Origin: Phoronis australis
Taxonomy: Eukaryota; Animalia; Phoronida
DNA length: 64,000 nucleotides
Assembly: GCA_002633005.1 (NCBI GenBank)
Contig: NMRA01000025.1
Span: forward strand, 875,390-939,389
Direction of reading: 5' to 3'
In this document: positions 1 through 13,500 of the stretch, one piece after another
Position numbering within the stretch: position 1 is the stretch's first letter
Layout of the letters: the number at the start of each line of letters is the position of its first letter
Notes under the pieces: generated by a model
The model's input: only the letters and a program-made list of their open reading frames with translations
What the model was told of the DNA's origin: nothing
Databases searched by the model: none
Program-made: the position numbers and the translations under genes

Positions 1-505
1 ACAGCCAGGGTAGTTTTGCTCGTCACCTCGCCATGAAACTTGTATCAACAATCATGTACAGCTAACGACCGGACGGGGTGCATGCAAAATCTGGGAATCA
101 ACCGACACTCACCTTGCCCGTTACAGCTGTTTAAGTGAAAAACAATCTAATGAATGTCATTTTCTTGCCTAATCCTCCGCCTTTTCTAGCAAAGAAAAGT
201 TATGTCGTCGTTTTGAAAACAGTAGGCTCGTGACACGTGCACGCGCCATTTCCTTAATTTTTGCGACATCTCTCGGGAGATGATGATAGCTTGGCAGCAA
301 CAAAATTTCTTCTGAAATTCAGTTTGCTAGTATCAAAATTCTAAAAACTTATAATGAAGTGAAAACATTTCCAACCAGTTGTGACATGTATGCAACCTCA
401 TGAAAGAACAACAGTTAATTGAAGAATCTGCGAAAAAGAAAATGGCCAATAGGTGACGCAATATTTCATGGCGCCGAAAGTCGACGCAGAAGATCGCTCC
501 ACAAC
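1..505. mobile_element. Interspersed repeat, truncated by window edge; inverted copy at about 37075-37566
   Basis: acagccagggtagttttgctcgtcacctcgcc... matches the reverse complement of ...gcgaggtgacgagcataactaccctggctgt (37566), colinear over about 500 bp. Confidence 0.75.
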
Positions 506-1115
506 TTTACCAGCAGAATAACAGTAGAACGCAAATTTTTCCAAAACCAGAAAATAATTTTATTTACTCAAATAAGTCATTACGGCGTTTTCCGTTGCTC
601 CAACTTGTTCGATTCCATAGCCCAACAATAACTTGGGAAGTTTGCCTCTGCAGCCAATATCTTACACGACTGATTAACTCCATTCTGGCATTCATGATTG
701 GAGGGCCATCTCTCTTTTGTTCGATAATTGCTCTAATCTTCAAAAAGATGGTATATAGCATGACTGGGCTGTGCTGTTAAAAATAAAAGTTAAGTTATAA
801 CATATTTGAACATAAATGAAATCCTCTTCTAACAGTGATCATGTTTAGTTTTTGAATCGCCAAAATCGCCCAACTACAACCAAAGTTACGATAATCTATT
901 CTTTCTGAATGTAGGAATTCGCTCTGGGTTTGACGGTGTTCCCACGTGGTCTGAAGTAAGCCTGGTAGATAATTGGCCTCTCTGTTGCCATAACAGACGA
1001 AAGACTTTGCTTGGCAGTTAACAAAGAAGCTAGATGTTATCACACACTCAAAACCCTCTTCATCTGGTAAAGTCACTAAACGGGAAGGAAAATGCAGTCA
1101 TGATGTTGCTTTTAA

Positions 1116-2761
1116 AGGAGAATGCCACCCTATTTAATTAGTCTTTTTTGCCGCCTTAATCGGTCTATATCCACATCGCCTCGCATACGGTCGACCTCAC
1201 CATGCCAAGAGATGTCGCGTTAACCTGCGAGGACGGTGAGAAACGACGCTTGCAACGTCAGTAGTTCATATGCAGAGCGAACGCCGCTAAGCAGCTGCGA
1301 GGAAAGCGGGTATATCGTTTTTTTACTTCTTCGAGAGTCCTAAATGCTTAGGAAGTGGCTCATGGTAGTGAAGAATGAAATGTACGCTGTAAATAGCAAT
1401 TATGAGGCCGTGAAAATCTCGTGTCTGTGGCCTGCAGACGTCGACAGTGCCTGACGAATGCCGGCTTACCAAATATCTCCATACATTCCGTTGTCTGAGC
1501 TTGTTCACGGCGCCTCTCTAGTATTTCTTCATCACTGTATTCCTGTTCGAATTGATAGCCTGTAAAACTTAACGATCCACCTGCGTAGTCGGGACTGATG
1601 AGCTCTAGCTCGTCCTAAGTCGGGCTTATGAGTTGCCATGTTGGCGTTTATTACTAAGCCGGTTCTGTTTCAACTAAATGAATTATTCTCACCCTAACCA
1701 ATTCTTATATAAAACTGAAACAAAGTCTGTCTCATTAGATGCAATTTGTAATACCTTTGGAGTGTTCGTGAGTGCAAATGATTTGAAAAGCCAGAAATGA
1801 ATAAATCACTGCGTTACCGGCTTTAGGTGCAATAAAACTAATTGACGGGACACCTAGGCCATGTGAGCTCATGCTAATTTAGTGTTTGTTGACAGAAACT
1901 GTTGTGAAACAACTCGATTTCTTTCCCATGGCCAGGAGTTAGGGGAATCTTTATTTACATTTACATTACTCAAATAATGATTGTCAATGTACAACTTCTG
2001 CCCTGACGGTGCTGTGGCCAAAGCGGAACCCGGCTGAATTTGCGACCCCCGACGAGTAAGTAGATTAATTTTGCAGTTTCGTGGCTAATTCACCAATAAT
2101 CAGGTGCACATTAATTGGCTCATTAGTATAGTATTTTCTTGGCTGGAAGTTTAGTTTCCACTGTACTTTGGCTGGTTTATGTTCGTGATGTCTGATCAGT
2201 TGCCGAGCCACTGGTGAGGATAACGCCGGAGTCAAGCCGGCCGCGACGGGCCTGATCGAGTTCCGAGCCACTGACCAGGCTAACAAGCGTTTTGTGTTTA
2301 GAACTCAAAAAATCACTAGTCTAAACAACACAGATCTGGGTTCGCCTGTCTGTATCTCACGGAAAATACTTCGAAATTATTTCCGAACCGACCCCAAACT
2401 CCTGCTATGGACCTTTGGCCTGCCGTACTTTGTTGTAGGCTACAGTGTGTCCAAATACCAATAAATCCGTAAGAGCGAAATAAAACAACACGTTTTTATA
2501 GGAACTCAGTGTATTTGTAAGGGTTTTACATCAAAGTTTGATGATTTATTGGTGTTAAACGATGACTTCAAGCGATAAGCTGACACCAGTAACTCGTGTT
2601 GGGAACTGCTGAACAGATTGCGTGTGAAACCGATGACGTAATTGGATAATTTCAACACCTCCGTCTGCCGTCAGGTAACGCAACCATACGTGTCGTTAAG
2701 GAGTAGAACTACTCGATCTAAATTGATACAAATTAGGTTGTTTTTTGGGTGGCATGCTCCT
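1116..2761 (+). mobile_element. Non-autonomous Kolobok-like DNA transposon with degenerate THAP-domain relic
   Basis: TTAA|AGGAGAATGCCACCC ... GGGTGGCATGCTCCT|TTAA (TTAA TSD, RR..YY termini). The internal segment matches 31810-32777, which encodes a THAP-like stretch. Confidence 0.75.
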
Positions 2762-3284
2762 TTAAAGACACTAATTTTGTGCCACATTTTATCTGGTCAG
2801 TTTTTTACCCACATTGGTGCAAAGCTGTATATTTAGTAAGGCTAAACGAAGGACTGTTCAACGAAAGTTTAATTACAGTAGTATTTGTTTGAGTTGGAAG
2901 AAATTAAAGACATCAACGGCCTACTAAGGTGACCATCTATGCGTAAAAAGTACTAACTTATAGCCATGTGACTTTGATGTTTGAATCAGTGTGAGGCATA
3001 ATTCGCCAAAAACTTCCATCTTTATAGGGGCCAGCTAGAGTGGGTGGTCACCGTTTACTTTTGCTAATGCTAGAGGGCACTGGTCAGATAAACTGCTCCC
3101 TGGTTTAGGGAACCAGGCAGTCACAGCATAACGGGCCCATTATTTAGTGGATGAAACTGACTCGCCACCCTCTTGGTCTTAATAAGGTCGGCACTGATCA
3201 GATATAGTGGTCCCTGATTTTCAAAACCAGGCAATCACTGAATAACAAGCTCATTATTCAGTGGGGGAAGCTGGTTTTCAAAAT

Positions 3285-3490
3285 CAGGGACCACTATATC
3301 CGACCAGTGCCTATAAGGTCAAGGGACCGCTATATCCGACCAGTGCCTAAAAGGTCAAGGGACCGCTATATCCGACCAGTGCCTACAAGGTCAAGGGACC
3401 GCTATATCCGACCAGTGCCTATAAGGTCAAGGGACCGCTATATCCGACCAGTGCCTATAAGGTCAAGGGACCACTATATCCAACCAGTGT
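3285..3490. repeat. 36-bp minisatellite, about 5.5 copies
   Basis: Unit ccgaccagtgcctataaggtcaagggaccgctatat; explains the repetitive ORF 3307-3522. Confidence 0.9.
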
Positions 3491-3636
3491 TCAGAATAAG
3501 GTATACAACTGATTTTTTTTAATAGGGAACCAGGCAATCATAGAATAACAGGCCTATTATTTAGTGGATGAAACTGGCTCGCCACTCTCTTCATAACTAA
3601 GGGACCCCTATATCTGACCAGTGCTAAAACAGGGTA

Positions 3637-5766
3637 CTCTCGAGTTCCGAATAGCCGTATCTATACGATTATTTTTTTCCAGACTTGTTTTCCGGTCTAT
3701 ACGACGCTTATTCTGGTCTCTACGTTTATTAATTTCCTAACCTTTTTCCGCTCTCTACGATTATTTAATTTAATTTAGCAAGTTTACATTTTTTGTTTCG
3801 TTGAATACAATTTTGTTACATAAAAACTTCGTTGCTGACACCGGGTACCGTACCTTGGTTGTAAGACATAATAAATTCTGATTTTTTCGCTCTAAACCTC
3901 TAGACCACGAAACACTCAGTTCAGAATTCGAAATTTAGAAGAGCTATATACGACTCCGCGTTACACACGGAGGTCTAATGTCATACAGATTAAAAGATTT
4001 TATTCGCTAAAACATACAACTGTACGTTTCAAAGCATGAATAATCGGAATCCCAAGCAAGGGTTTACGCAGCGGCTGTCTGTTGGACGGCCAGAATGTTA
4101 TTTTGGACGGGTTCGATGAGATCGGTCAGAATTAAGAAAGTGTTGGCAAAATTTAAAAAGCTTGAAATAATGACCACTTCTCTTAATATTAAAGGATGGT
4201 CGGCAGTCGCTCAAAGAAACAGACCATCAGTAATTTAAGAAATGAGAAATTTAATGCACAAAAAGTGCATTTTTCAATATTCGCCCCGTGACACAGATCG
4301 TTGTTACCGGCAGCTCAATATACCTATGAATAAAAACGCTTTCGATGAGTTTCTTTGGATGATCCAATATTTATGATTGCACCTTGTAAAAAACTGGAAA
4401 GCCGTAACAACTATTCACTGTGTCTGTCCCCGAAGTTTGCGTTTCCGGGGGAGTAATTCCGGTATTTTGCACAGTGTCATCTGCAGTTTCCGTCATTATT
4501 GACATGCGCATTCTATATACTTAATCATGTCGTCTGCCGCGCTAAGGCCTAAAGAATTCGAGGATTATTTTAAAAACCAAGAGATGTTCCAGATACAGAC
4601 ATTGATTCAGATGCTGGTACGACAAATAACCAGCTACAGATACGGACCGTGGTGATAACGCGGCAAGTCAACGAAGTGCAAATAGAAGATGGACTTGTGA
4701 CAATCTTGAAAATGACATAGTTGCTAATGTACGGCAATCCAGTCCTTATCTATTGAAATTGATTTCTACTTGCTCTCCTGTCCAAATAAATGGAAAAATG
4801 CACGTGAATCGGTTTGTTTATTAGGCCTATTAAACCTAATTACGTATTCAAGATGGTGGACGTAGTCGTGGTCGTAGACTCGAATGTTGGGCAGTTCTGC
4901 AAGGAATCTCAATTTCTAGCCGTGTAAAATTTTGGATGTACCGACTTTTTGACGTCGAATTCTGACTAACATTACAAGGGTATTGATTATGAACGTTGTG
5001 CAAGACATGAGATTGAGAGAAAACAAAGGCTCGATTGTCAGGAACATGTATGTTAAAAATGCGACTTGTTTTACCAAGATGCTTTATTGTCTTTATTCAG
5101 ACTGTCGCCTTTGTAGAAGACTGGACGTTGCTGCTGAAATCTTTACCTCCTTGTTATAATTTTTGGACTTAGTCGACATTGGCATCTCTAGTATGAGTGT
5201 CACATTCTTTGAGTAAAATGATAAGCAATACTGTTTGAAACATCTATACAGACTTCCATTTAAAGTTATTGAATAAACGAATGGTCTTTGTTTTAGCAAT
5301 GACACTTTATTCCACTTCATGGCATGGGTGGATACACCACTGCAATAATTTAACTATGCTAATGTTCAATTTAAAAGTTTTTCTTTGCAACAAATACTTA
5401 AAGCGGTGGTAAGTCAGACAGAATTTGCTTCTTTGCACTATTACTCCAATCCCATCTATATCATTATTAGATTTTGCACTTCCTATTATTTCCATCTACT
5501 ATTACTAGATTTTACGCAAATTTGTAATGAATGTTATTATTCCAATCTATAGTATGTTTAAATTTCCACAAATTTGCCGTCTATACCATTATTCCATTCT
5601 ATACTATTATTAATTTTTTCCGACAATTTCCAGTCTATACTATTATTCTACTTTTCTAGTGGCAAAAATGTTGGGTCTATACTATTATTAGAGTCTCTAC
5701 TATTAATAAAAATCGTGAAATTTTCCGGTCTTTACTATGTCTCTACAACTATGCGTAACTCCAGAG
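3637..5766. mobile_element. TA-flanked TIR element (Tc1/mariner/pogo-like, non-autonomous) with subterminal repeats
   Basis: TA|CTCTCGAGTTCCGAATAG ... CTATGCGTAACTCCAGAG|TA; repeated tctatac(t/g)attatt subterminal motifs; two further copies in the window. Confidence 0.75.
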
Positions 5767-6025
5767 TATACACTAGGCAACACGTAGCCCCTCGGTTGGC
5801 CATTTAGGGGCTACAATACTTCCATTTGCTTTCTGTACGTATTTCGTTACATGTATTTTAAGTGGGTGGTAGGCCAAACCCGACCACCGATTTTGAGTTT
5901 TCACCTCGTCAAAAATACATTCCACACTTAAACTACCATTTAAAAAAGCACTTACTTTCATCATTGGTCTTTTCTTGTTCTATACATATCTTCGATGAAG
6001 CTTAGTTGTGAGAATGAAGTTGGGT

Positions 6026-6800
6026 TATTGTTTACAATATGACGACATTGACTTACACATGATTTTGGTATCGTTCGATTCCTTGCAAAGTTATCTTTCC
6101 AAAAATACACAGGGAATTTTCCTACCCCGTTCCCTAAGTATTTTATCGTGAAATTTCTTCTCGCACTATTTCCCGGTACTCGGTAGTAATACCGCAATGT
6201 TGAATGGAAGGAGTCCCCTGGCAGTCAAAAACTGAACTAATCTTCCGCGACTTCTGCAGATCGTCACTTTTCAGAAGTTCAAACTGACCGAGACTCGCCT
6301 ATACCCTGCCCCAGTTACGGTCTCAAGGGTTCGAATTCGATCCTATGGCGACCCTGGTACGCATCTGCTAGCAAGAATCCGCGAAAAAAGCGAAGGTTGT
6401 TCTTGAGGTCCAAATTGGTGAAAGGGGTTAGTATCACTTTAGACAACTTCGTGGAAAATGGTCAATGGTCACAATTATAAAAAATTAGAAAAGGTAAAAT
6501 GCTACTACATATCCTCCATATTATGTCAGGAAAACTTTAGTGGGAATCTCGGCACGGGCAAACACCATTCAGAAACGATGATGCTGTTTCATTCATTAAC
6601 AACAGGTGACGCTGTAATCTTGAGTTGAGCTAACATGGCGGTGTCAACCGGGAAATAGTGCGAACCGAAATTCGAGAATAAAATTCGGAGCACACGTGGT
6701 AGGGGAAACATTGATACATTTTTGGAAAGATAACGTTGCGAGGAATCGAACGATGCCAAAATCATGTGTGTTGGTCAATGTTGTCATATTGTAAACAATT
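6026..6800. mobile_element. Foldback/MITE-like element with about 150-bp imperfect inverted arms
   Basis: 6026-6180 (attgtttacaatatgacgacattgac...cgcactatttcccggt) is the reverse complement of 6645-6800 (accgggaaatagtgcg...gtcatattgtaaacaat). Confidence 0.7.
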
Positions 6801-7048
6801 ACCTTAAGTTGACTTTGGTGAAAAATTTCAACTCCACTTTTTGGTAGCCGTTAAATTTTTCACCGCGTGCGGTAACCACAAAGTATGTCAAATGAGTCAC
6901 CTGAGTTAGGCAAAGTCTAGCACGAGACTGAGCGAAGCGCGTGACACTTGCAAAATAGCATGAGAATGTATCAGGTGAAATTTGTAAGATTTGTCTCCCT
7001 TGAACTGTTTATTCATCAACATGTGTGATTTCACGAAACTTCCTCAAA

Positions 7049-7138
7049 ATGGCTCCCGGTAAGAGAAACTCGAGCAAACCGCGACAGATTTTCATTGATT
7101 TGTTCAAATTTTCTTACTGAATAGTTTCCAGACTTATG
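7049..7138 (+). CDS. NCSTN: Candidate nicastrin exon 1 (signal peptide); needs one extra base to be in frame
   Basis: CAAAATGGC start context; MAPGKRNSSKPRQIFI, then in a shifted frame FVQIFLLNSFQTY-G|gtacag, which would join phase-1 exon 10512 (V-SCYSVDK). As assembled there is an in-frame TGA. Confidence 0.4.
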
Positions 7139-10100
7139 GTACAGTCAAGTGACCTAATTATCGGACGTTTTGGCACATTTTGCATTATATTTAATTGAAA
7201 ATACTACGGATTGTTGTAAATTCTTTGCTGAAATAAAGAATTACCTTTATAGAATTGTTGTGTTACTATATCTTGTCACCGAAAGCCACATTTATGTTCC
7301 GACTGAACTTTAAAAAACACAACAAGCAAACCTTCGGAGAACCTAAATATCGGACACCATGTTTCCCCATACGCCACACCGCGGAAAACTGACTAACCAC
7401 GTAATGGCCGCGGGCACCTTGTAGCCAAATTTCAGCTCGAGTGTTTTGACATATATGCTGCTAGAACACAGGTCCATTCGCAACAAAATTATCCATGAAA
7501 TGAAATCTGATGACGGCGCCAAGTCATTTCGATGAATTAGTGCAGACGACTAAAGCACGTGCAAACTCACTGCAGTTTTTATTATCACTTTGGCTTCTTG
7601 ATATGACACCCGCACGTGCGCGGTCGGGGTTTGACTTGAGTTTAAAAACAAATAAAAAAATGGAACAGTAACATATTGTCAGTTCAATGAGAAAGTTTCA
7701 TTGTGGAAAAAGATTTTATTTTCAACTTTTATAACCGATTTATGCGATCGTCCAGTTTAGGCCGACTTGGGGGTCTAAATTGCACCCTCTCTCGGTGAAA
7801 TCAAAACGAGGCAACGCTGTAAAAAACGAGACGGTGCCGGACATTGAATGCATTACAACGGAACAACAATTGGTGTCATTTAATTCTCAGATTATGCTTC
7901 AAGTAAGATTTTTTGAAATGTCCGATATTTAGGTTCCGTCCGATAATTAGGTAGGTGTAGTGTGGGCATGCTTCTATCACAAGCAGTGTTACAGACACTA
8001 ACGGATGTAACAAAAATTGAAAGAGCTCTTAAAAAAGAAAAAGACCAAGCTGATGATGGAAATAATGTTGAGCTCACTAGAAAATTAAGGAAATTGTCAT
8101 TCAGTTACATGTACATTTAACAGTGCTCAAAGAAATATACTATACATGTCTTGCCACCACAATGAACCACTTGCAACAAATCAGATTTCATCACAGGGGA
8201 ACTTCACAAACAAAAGAAAAGTTGAAAGGCTATCCCAGTTCCAAACATTCAATTGTCAATACGCCTACCTATTCTTAATTTGAAAAGGTGTCATTCATGG
8301 TAAATAATCTTTAGTTTAGGTCACAGAACAAAAATTATTTTGCTTGATGAATTTGTAGTAATAGTGGTCTCAATCTCAAATGTATTGGCAGTAGTTTTTA
8401 TCTACATGTAAGTGATAAGCACTGCTTTTTATGAACTTCTAAGCCTATTTTGAGATTTATGTAAAATCATGAGCAGTGTTTGGAATTTNTTTATTTAATT
8501 ATTTATGATTGCAGAAGCCTGTTAAAGGTGAGAACAAATCAAACAATACGATATTGGGTAATTTATTAGAACAATGTATCAAGGTTCAATGATCAACTTG
8601 CACCGACAAAGTCTCAAAGGGTTACAGTTCTGTTTTGGCTGACAAGGTGTTAACAGAGAATGAAGAAAAACTGAAAAGAAAAGAAAGACAGCAGAGATAA
8701 GTGGTGTTAAGAACAACAAGAGCAAAAAGTCAAATAAAGAGGACACAAATAGAAAATAAGTAAGGTCTATCTGGAATAAAGCAACTGCGATTTATTTTCC
8801 AGAACTGAAATTCTAAATCAATTTTAATAGATTTAAAAATAGATATCATACTAGTAAAACAGTTTGTGGTTGAAGTAGAATTGCTGTAAACAACTTTCCA
8901 CTATTTCCTTGGCCTTTTTCTGTGTGGTTTTCTGTTCTTTCAAAAGGCGGCAGCATATGACGAACATAGGAGTCATTATAAAATGGCTGCCGAAAAGCAA
9001 TGCACAGTTCAACAACTCGGCATAAATAAAAGAAAACTTTTGAATCAACTAATACTATGGATTTGTGAGAGTCAAATCAAGCTCTATGCAGAGCATAACT
9101 TTGAAGTGGAATAATTGGATGAGTACGACAACAAGTCGGTTTTATGCTTAGGCGGACGACCATTGGGTTCCCGAGTATACTAATGATGGCAGAGTTGGAC
9201 CACAATCCACACTACTACTACTAGTCACAGCCTTCCGTGTTTGATTGTGCCGCAATGACTCAGGAGAAAGCTGATGTAGAGAGGGCCAATCTGATGTTGA
9301 CTTCTAGGCGGCATGACCTCTATTTATTGAATGGGGAAGAGTGTGAATAATCTGCTGTGAGGCCTCCTTTAATCAATCGCCTATGCCATGGGCAATTGCT
9401 CATTGGTCAAGTGGTTAGGATGCCTGACATTGAAGCAAGAGATGCGGTGTTCAAAATCTGAATGTGATTTTTCAGTAGATAAATAAGAGGTTGTCAAATT
9501 GAGACCTGAAGTTAAATCATTGCAAGAATGAGCAAACAGTAAAAATAGATTTGAGTTCAATACACAACTTTGCTTATTTATTTATCACTTTATAGTGCAA
9601 AGCAAAGAAGTTTTCTTTAATTCCAGTTATCATACCCACAATCTCTTTTGTTCACACAATGAAACAAATTTCTTTGTTATCAACGGAAACCAGTTCAGGG
9701 TCTTAGTCTTACTTTTAACTTTCTACACTAGTGTTCTGTGTAATTCTTAACCTATTGACCTCTTCTAGCAGACTTTAGTAGAATCTGATATGTTTGATAC
9801 TGAGACTGGAGTATTATGAGAAAAGATGGTTTTCAGTTGTTACACTACAAGGAATGAATTATTAAATGTTTTTTGCAACAACACAGGGCAATTATATATG
9901 AAACAATATGTTCAAAATTCAGAGGCCAAGAGAGCAAGGTGTTGACAGTCTCAACCAAATTTGAGAGGATTGCAGATAAACATTTCCCATCTGAACAAGA
10001 GAGTGAAAAAGGATGGTGGGATATGTCAATCAGAGCGCATGGTCAGGAGATGAAATTTAAAAGGCGCAGTGCCCTGCTGTCAGAGGCTGTGGAGACCCCT

Positions 10101-10511
10101 GCCTGTACCTTGAAACAACTACTGGCCATAGTCATACAACTCAAGAGCAGTGTGGGACTGTTGACTTGTGGTGATTGGGAAATTCATCCAAGAAAATCTC
10201 TTAGACAACACAACAGAATATGCTCAGTAACCAAGCTGTGCCCCAGTCATATCCCACTCAACATTAGCAGTACTACATAACTCTAACCTATTCTTTTAAG
10301 TGGTATCTCTACTTCAACATTGATCACAAGCTCAACTTGATTTTAACCCTAATGACAAACTTATATGTAAGGCAAACGCAACCCAACATTTTCGCTAATA
10401 AAAAGTTGCACCACATAACATCCTATCCAGGCTTTACTATCCCTCAGGCCAGCCAACTTATATGAACATTTCATTGACCTGTGTATAAATGGTATTTCTG
10501 TTCTTTTGTAG

Positions 10512-13500
10512 TGTCCTGTTATTCTGTGGACAAACAGATCTACATAACCTTGTCAGACACACAAAACATGTGTTTCAGGATACTAAATGGCACCCACCAG
10601 TTTGGATGCAGCTGTGAGTATTGTATACTGGTCTTGCTACTTTGATTAAAGGATGGAATGAGGGGGCGGTGGGTTATGGTTTACGAACTGCAGTAATTCT
10701 AGTTTACAGTGGAATGCGGTTGGCTTAAAGTACAAAATCACATCTGCTATGGACTTCAAACCAGAGTTCATGAGTGTGAAAAGCATTATTTTCACGTTTA
10801 CTGATAATCCCAACGGTAGTTGTTTGTCAGTTTGTCACCTTTTGATGCTAGGAATTGAACTACAAGTATACCTAATAAAATGCACGTTTAGTTTAACTCG
10901 GGCATTGATTAAGTAAACTTTTTGCTACATTGATGTTCTTTGTTCGTCAAAGTGATGGACACGCTGACGTTAGATGTGCTTTTTGTTGTGAAAATGAGTT
11001 GATAAGTGTTGCTATAATCTTATTGCTCTAGTTTAAAGATGCATCGAACGTGAAAGCTCATCAAAAATATCTTTTAAACAAGTCCTTATGATAGTACCAT
11101 ATCGCAACGTCTAGTACAGAGCAATTCACTTTCCCTTGTGAGGTTATTTCCAGAAAAAATCACAAAATTCACGATTTTTGAAATACATACGATGGAAAAA
11201 GTCTGTGGTTACTACAGAGTTACTAATCTCCTTTCCGCTTATGATAAATACACGCATACACCCACAGTCAGTTGCTTGAAGTTGCTTGAGGTCAAAGGTC
11301 ACATATTTCATATAAGGGAAATCAGCTATGTCTATGTCTTGCAATAAGGAGATGTACTTTACCTTGTGAGAGAGAAGTGGCGAGCAGTTGACAGATGGTT
11401 TTTTTGAAATTTGAAACTAAAAGAAAATGCTTTAATAAGAATGGAAATCAAAAACCTTTACGAACATACCCTAAAGATACCTGGTGAACAGGTTGAATTT
11501 CAGTGGCTGAGACCCACTTACAATTTTGCAATTTAGTCTGTTTATTGCGTTCCACGCCTCTTTAAGCAAACTGCTTGCAACACAATGCTCTAGAAGAGCC
11601 ACAGTTTGTTATTGTACTTTTGCAGCAATACCAAGCAGAATAAGTGGTAATGTTGGCACTGTTCATTTGGCTGCCAAACAGACAGACGTTGACTGGATCA
11701 TTGATAAAGGCGAGAATGATCCATACATTGTGTTGCTTGAGCCTGACATGTTCAAAAGGTTTGTACACATACAGCTGAATAAAATTTTTGATTTTTTGCA
11801 GTAAGTGTTGACATAACCCATGACGAGTTTCGTTTGAGAAGTTTATAATTATCTAACTGAAAGTGAAATGTGACAACAAATTTTACTGCAACTGTGTAGT
11901 GTTAAAAGTAATTTTTTGTTCATGTTCGTGCATACTTGTAGTTTGCGGACAACATTGTATATACTATATTTTCTTTCAAACAGGTCTGTTGTTATTAAAC
12001 TGGCCAAATCAGACAAAGTGAATGGCATACTCTTGATAAGATCAAACAAGACATTGCCCCATGAAGGCTTTTCATCAGACACAAAATGTCCTAACCAATA
12101 CTCAGGTTAGTATGTGCATTTATAGCTTTCATGATCAATATTTGAATGAAATCTAAGTTCTATTTTCACGCTGAATTATGCGGTATGTAGCCATGGTGTG
12201 TGACTGGTACAGACACATCGCTCACCAGTGGGTGAGATTTACCTCTGCCTGTGTGGTCTGTAGCCAAGGCGTGCAACTGGTAGAAACACACCCCTCACCA
12301 ATAGGTGAGGTTTGCCTTCTGGTTGTAGAGATTTACTTCAACCTGAGCAGTTTAAATTTTGTTCACTCTCAGTGATACAATGATTTTGAAGAGAGGAAAT
12401 TGGTGATGAACTATAGAGGTGAAACTTAAAGACTTAGCAGCAAAAGGCCTTCCTTTTTCAATAACTATTAGTCAACACATTGCAAGATCAAGTGAATGAT
12501 TCAGTTTTGTTCACTGCTACCATTGCTTTGAGCTAGATCCTACGTGTATGATTTCTCCCAAAATTGGTTCCTTAATAAACAACTAGCGCCTCCTGTGAGA
12601 GACCAAAATATTATTCACCTAAAACACTTGCTCAAGGTTCAAGAATGTTACTGTTTCCCTACAGCCATTGGTTTACCTGTCTTAATGGTCAGGAACACTT
12701 ATTGATTTAGAGTGTTCATTGACAAGAAGTGCTCCAACTTTTTGAGAAATGATAAGAGTGCAATGTTCAGCTTCTAATAAATGTTTGTCTAGTATGGATA
12801 TAAATAGTCTAATAGTTTCTCTTTGATATCCCAGTGTCTATTGAAAGAAGACTACTGTTGGTTGAAATAAGTTCTGTCTTTGATGGGTCTTACATGCTTG
12901 GGACATTCTCTATGTGAGCCAGTGTTATTGTACAACGTTTTCTCACTAGTCCGACAGAGAACCAAGTTTATTACCAGCATCGAGACTATTTTCTGTCACC
13001 TTGTTTGTTTCTCATTTCAGGGATGTATAGTGATGATTCAAACTCTTGTAAGGAGGAAGACTCGCTGTGGAATCCCTTTGGCAGTGGCTTATTAAAAGAA
13101 GATCTCAATATCCCCATCTTCCTTGTAAAGAAAGAGACAGAAATAGATGTGCTACTCAACAAGGTTAGAGATATACTTTGAAAGTGTCCTGTTAAGCACA
13201 CACCATGACAAATCATTGGATTTCGAACTTTGCTTTCATGGTTTTGTGTAGCTTTCCGACAAAAAAATTTCCAGACTTGCCTGAAATTGATGCTGGCATT
13301 TTTTTCTAGTCATTGAGAGCAGGTCTATAAATGAGGCATGGGCAGAGACAGAGCTATTTATTGCTTTAATTTTTAGCTTTATACGATTCTAGTTTTTGTA
13401 CTTTTCTTTATCATGGGCTGTATCATTTTCAGTGCTGGTCTAGGAATAAGCCTGTCAATGGAATGGAGAAGGAGTTTCCATTGTGTGGGGCTGAGTTGAA

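Noticed and set aside
8489-8830. Antisense LINE 3' UTR remnant (also 50575-50900)
   Set aside because: Composition is suggestive, but there is no protein motif or second copy to support a call.
9873-10280. 135-aa ORF upstream of nicastrin exon 2
   Set aside because: Non-ATG start, no recognisable motif or splice support; likely intronic chance ORF.
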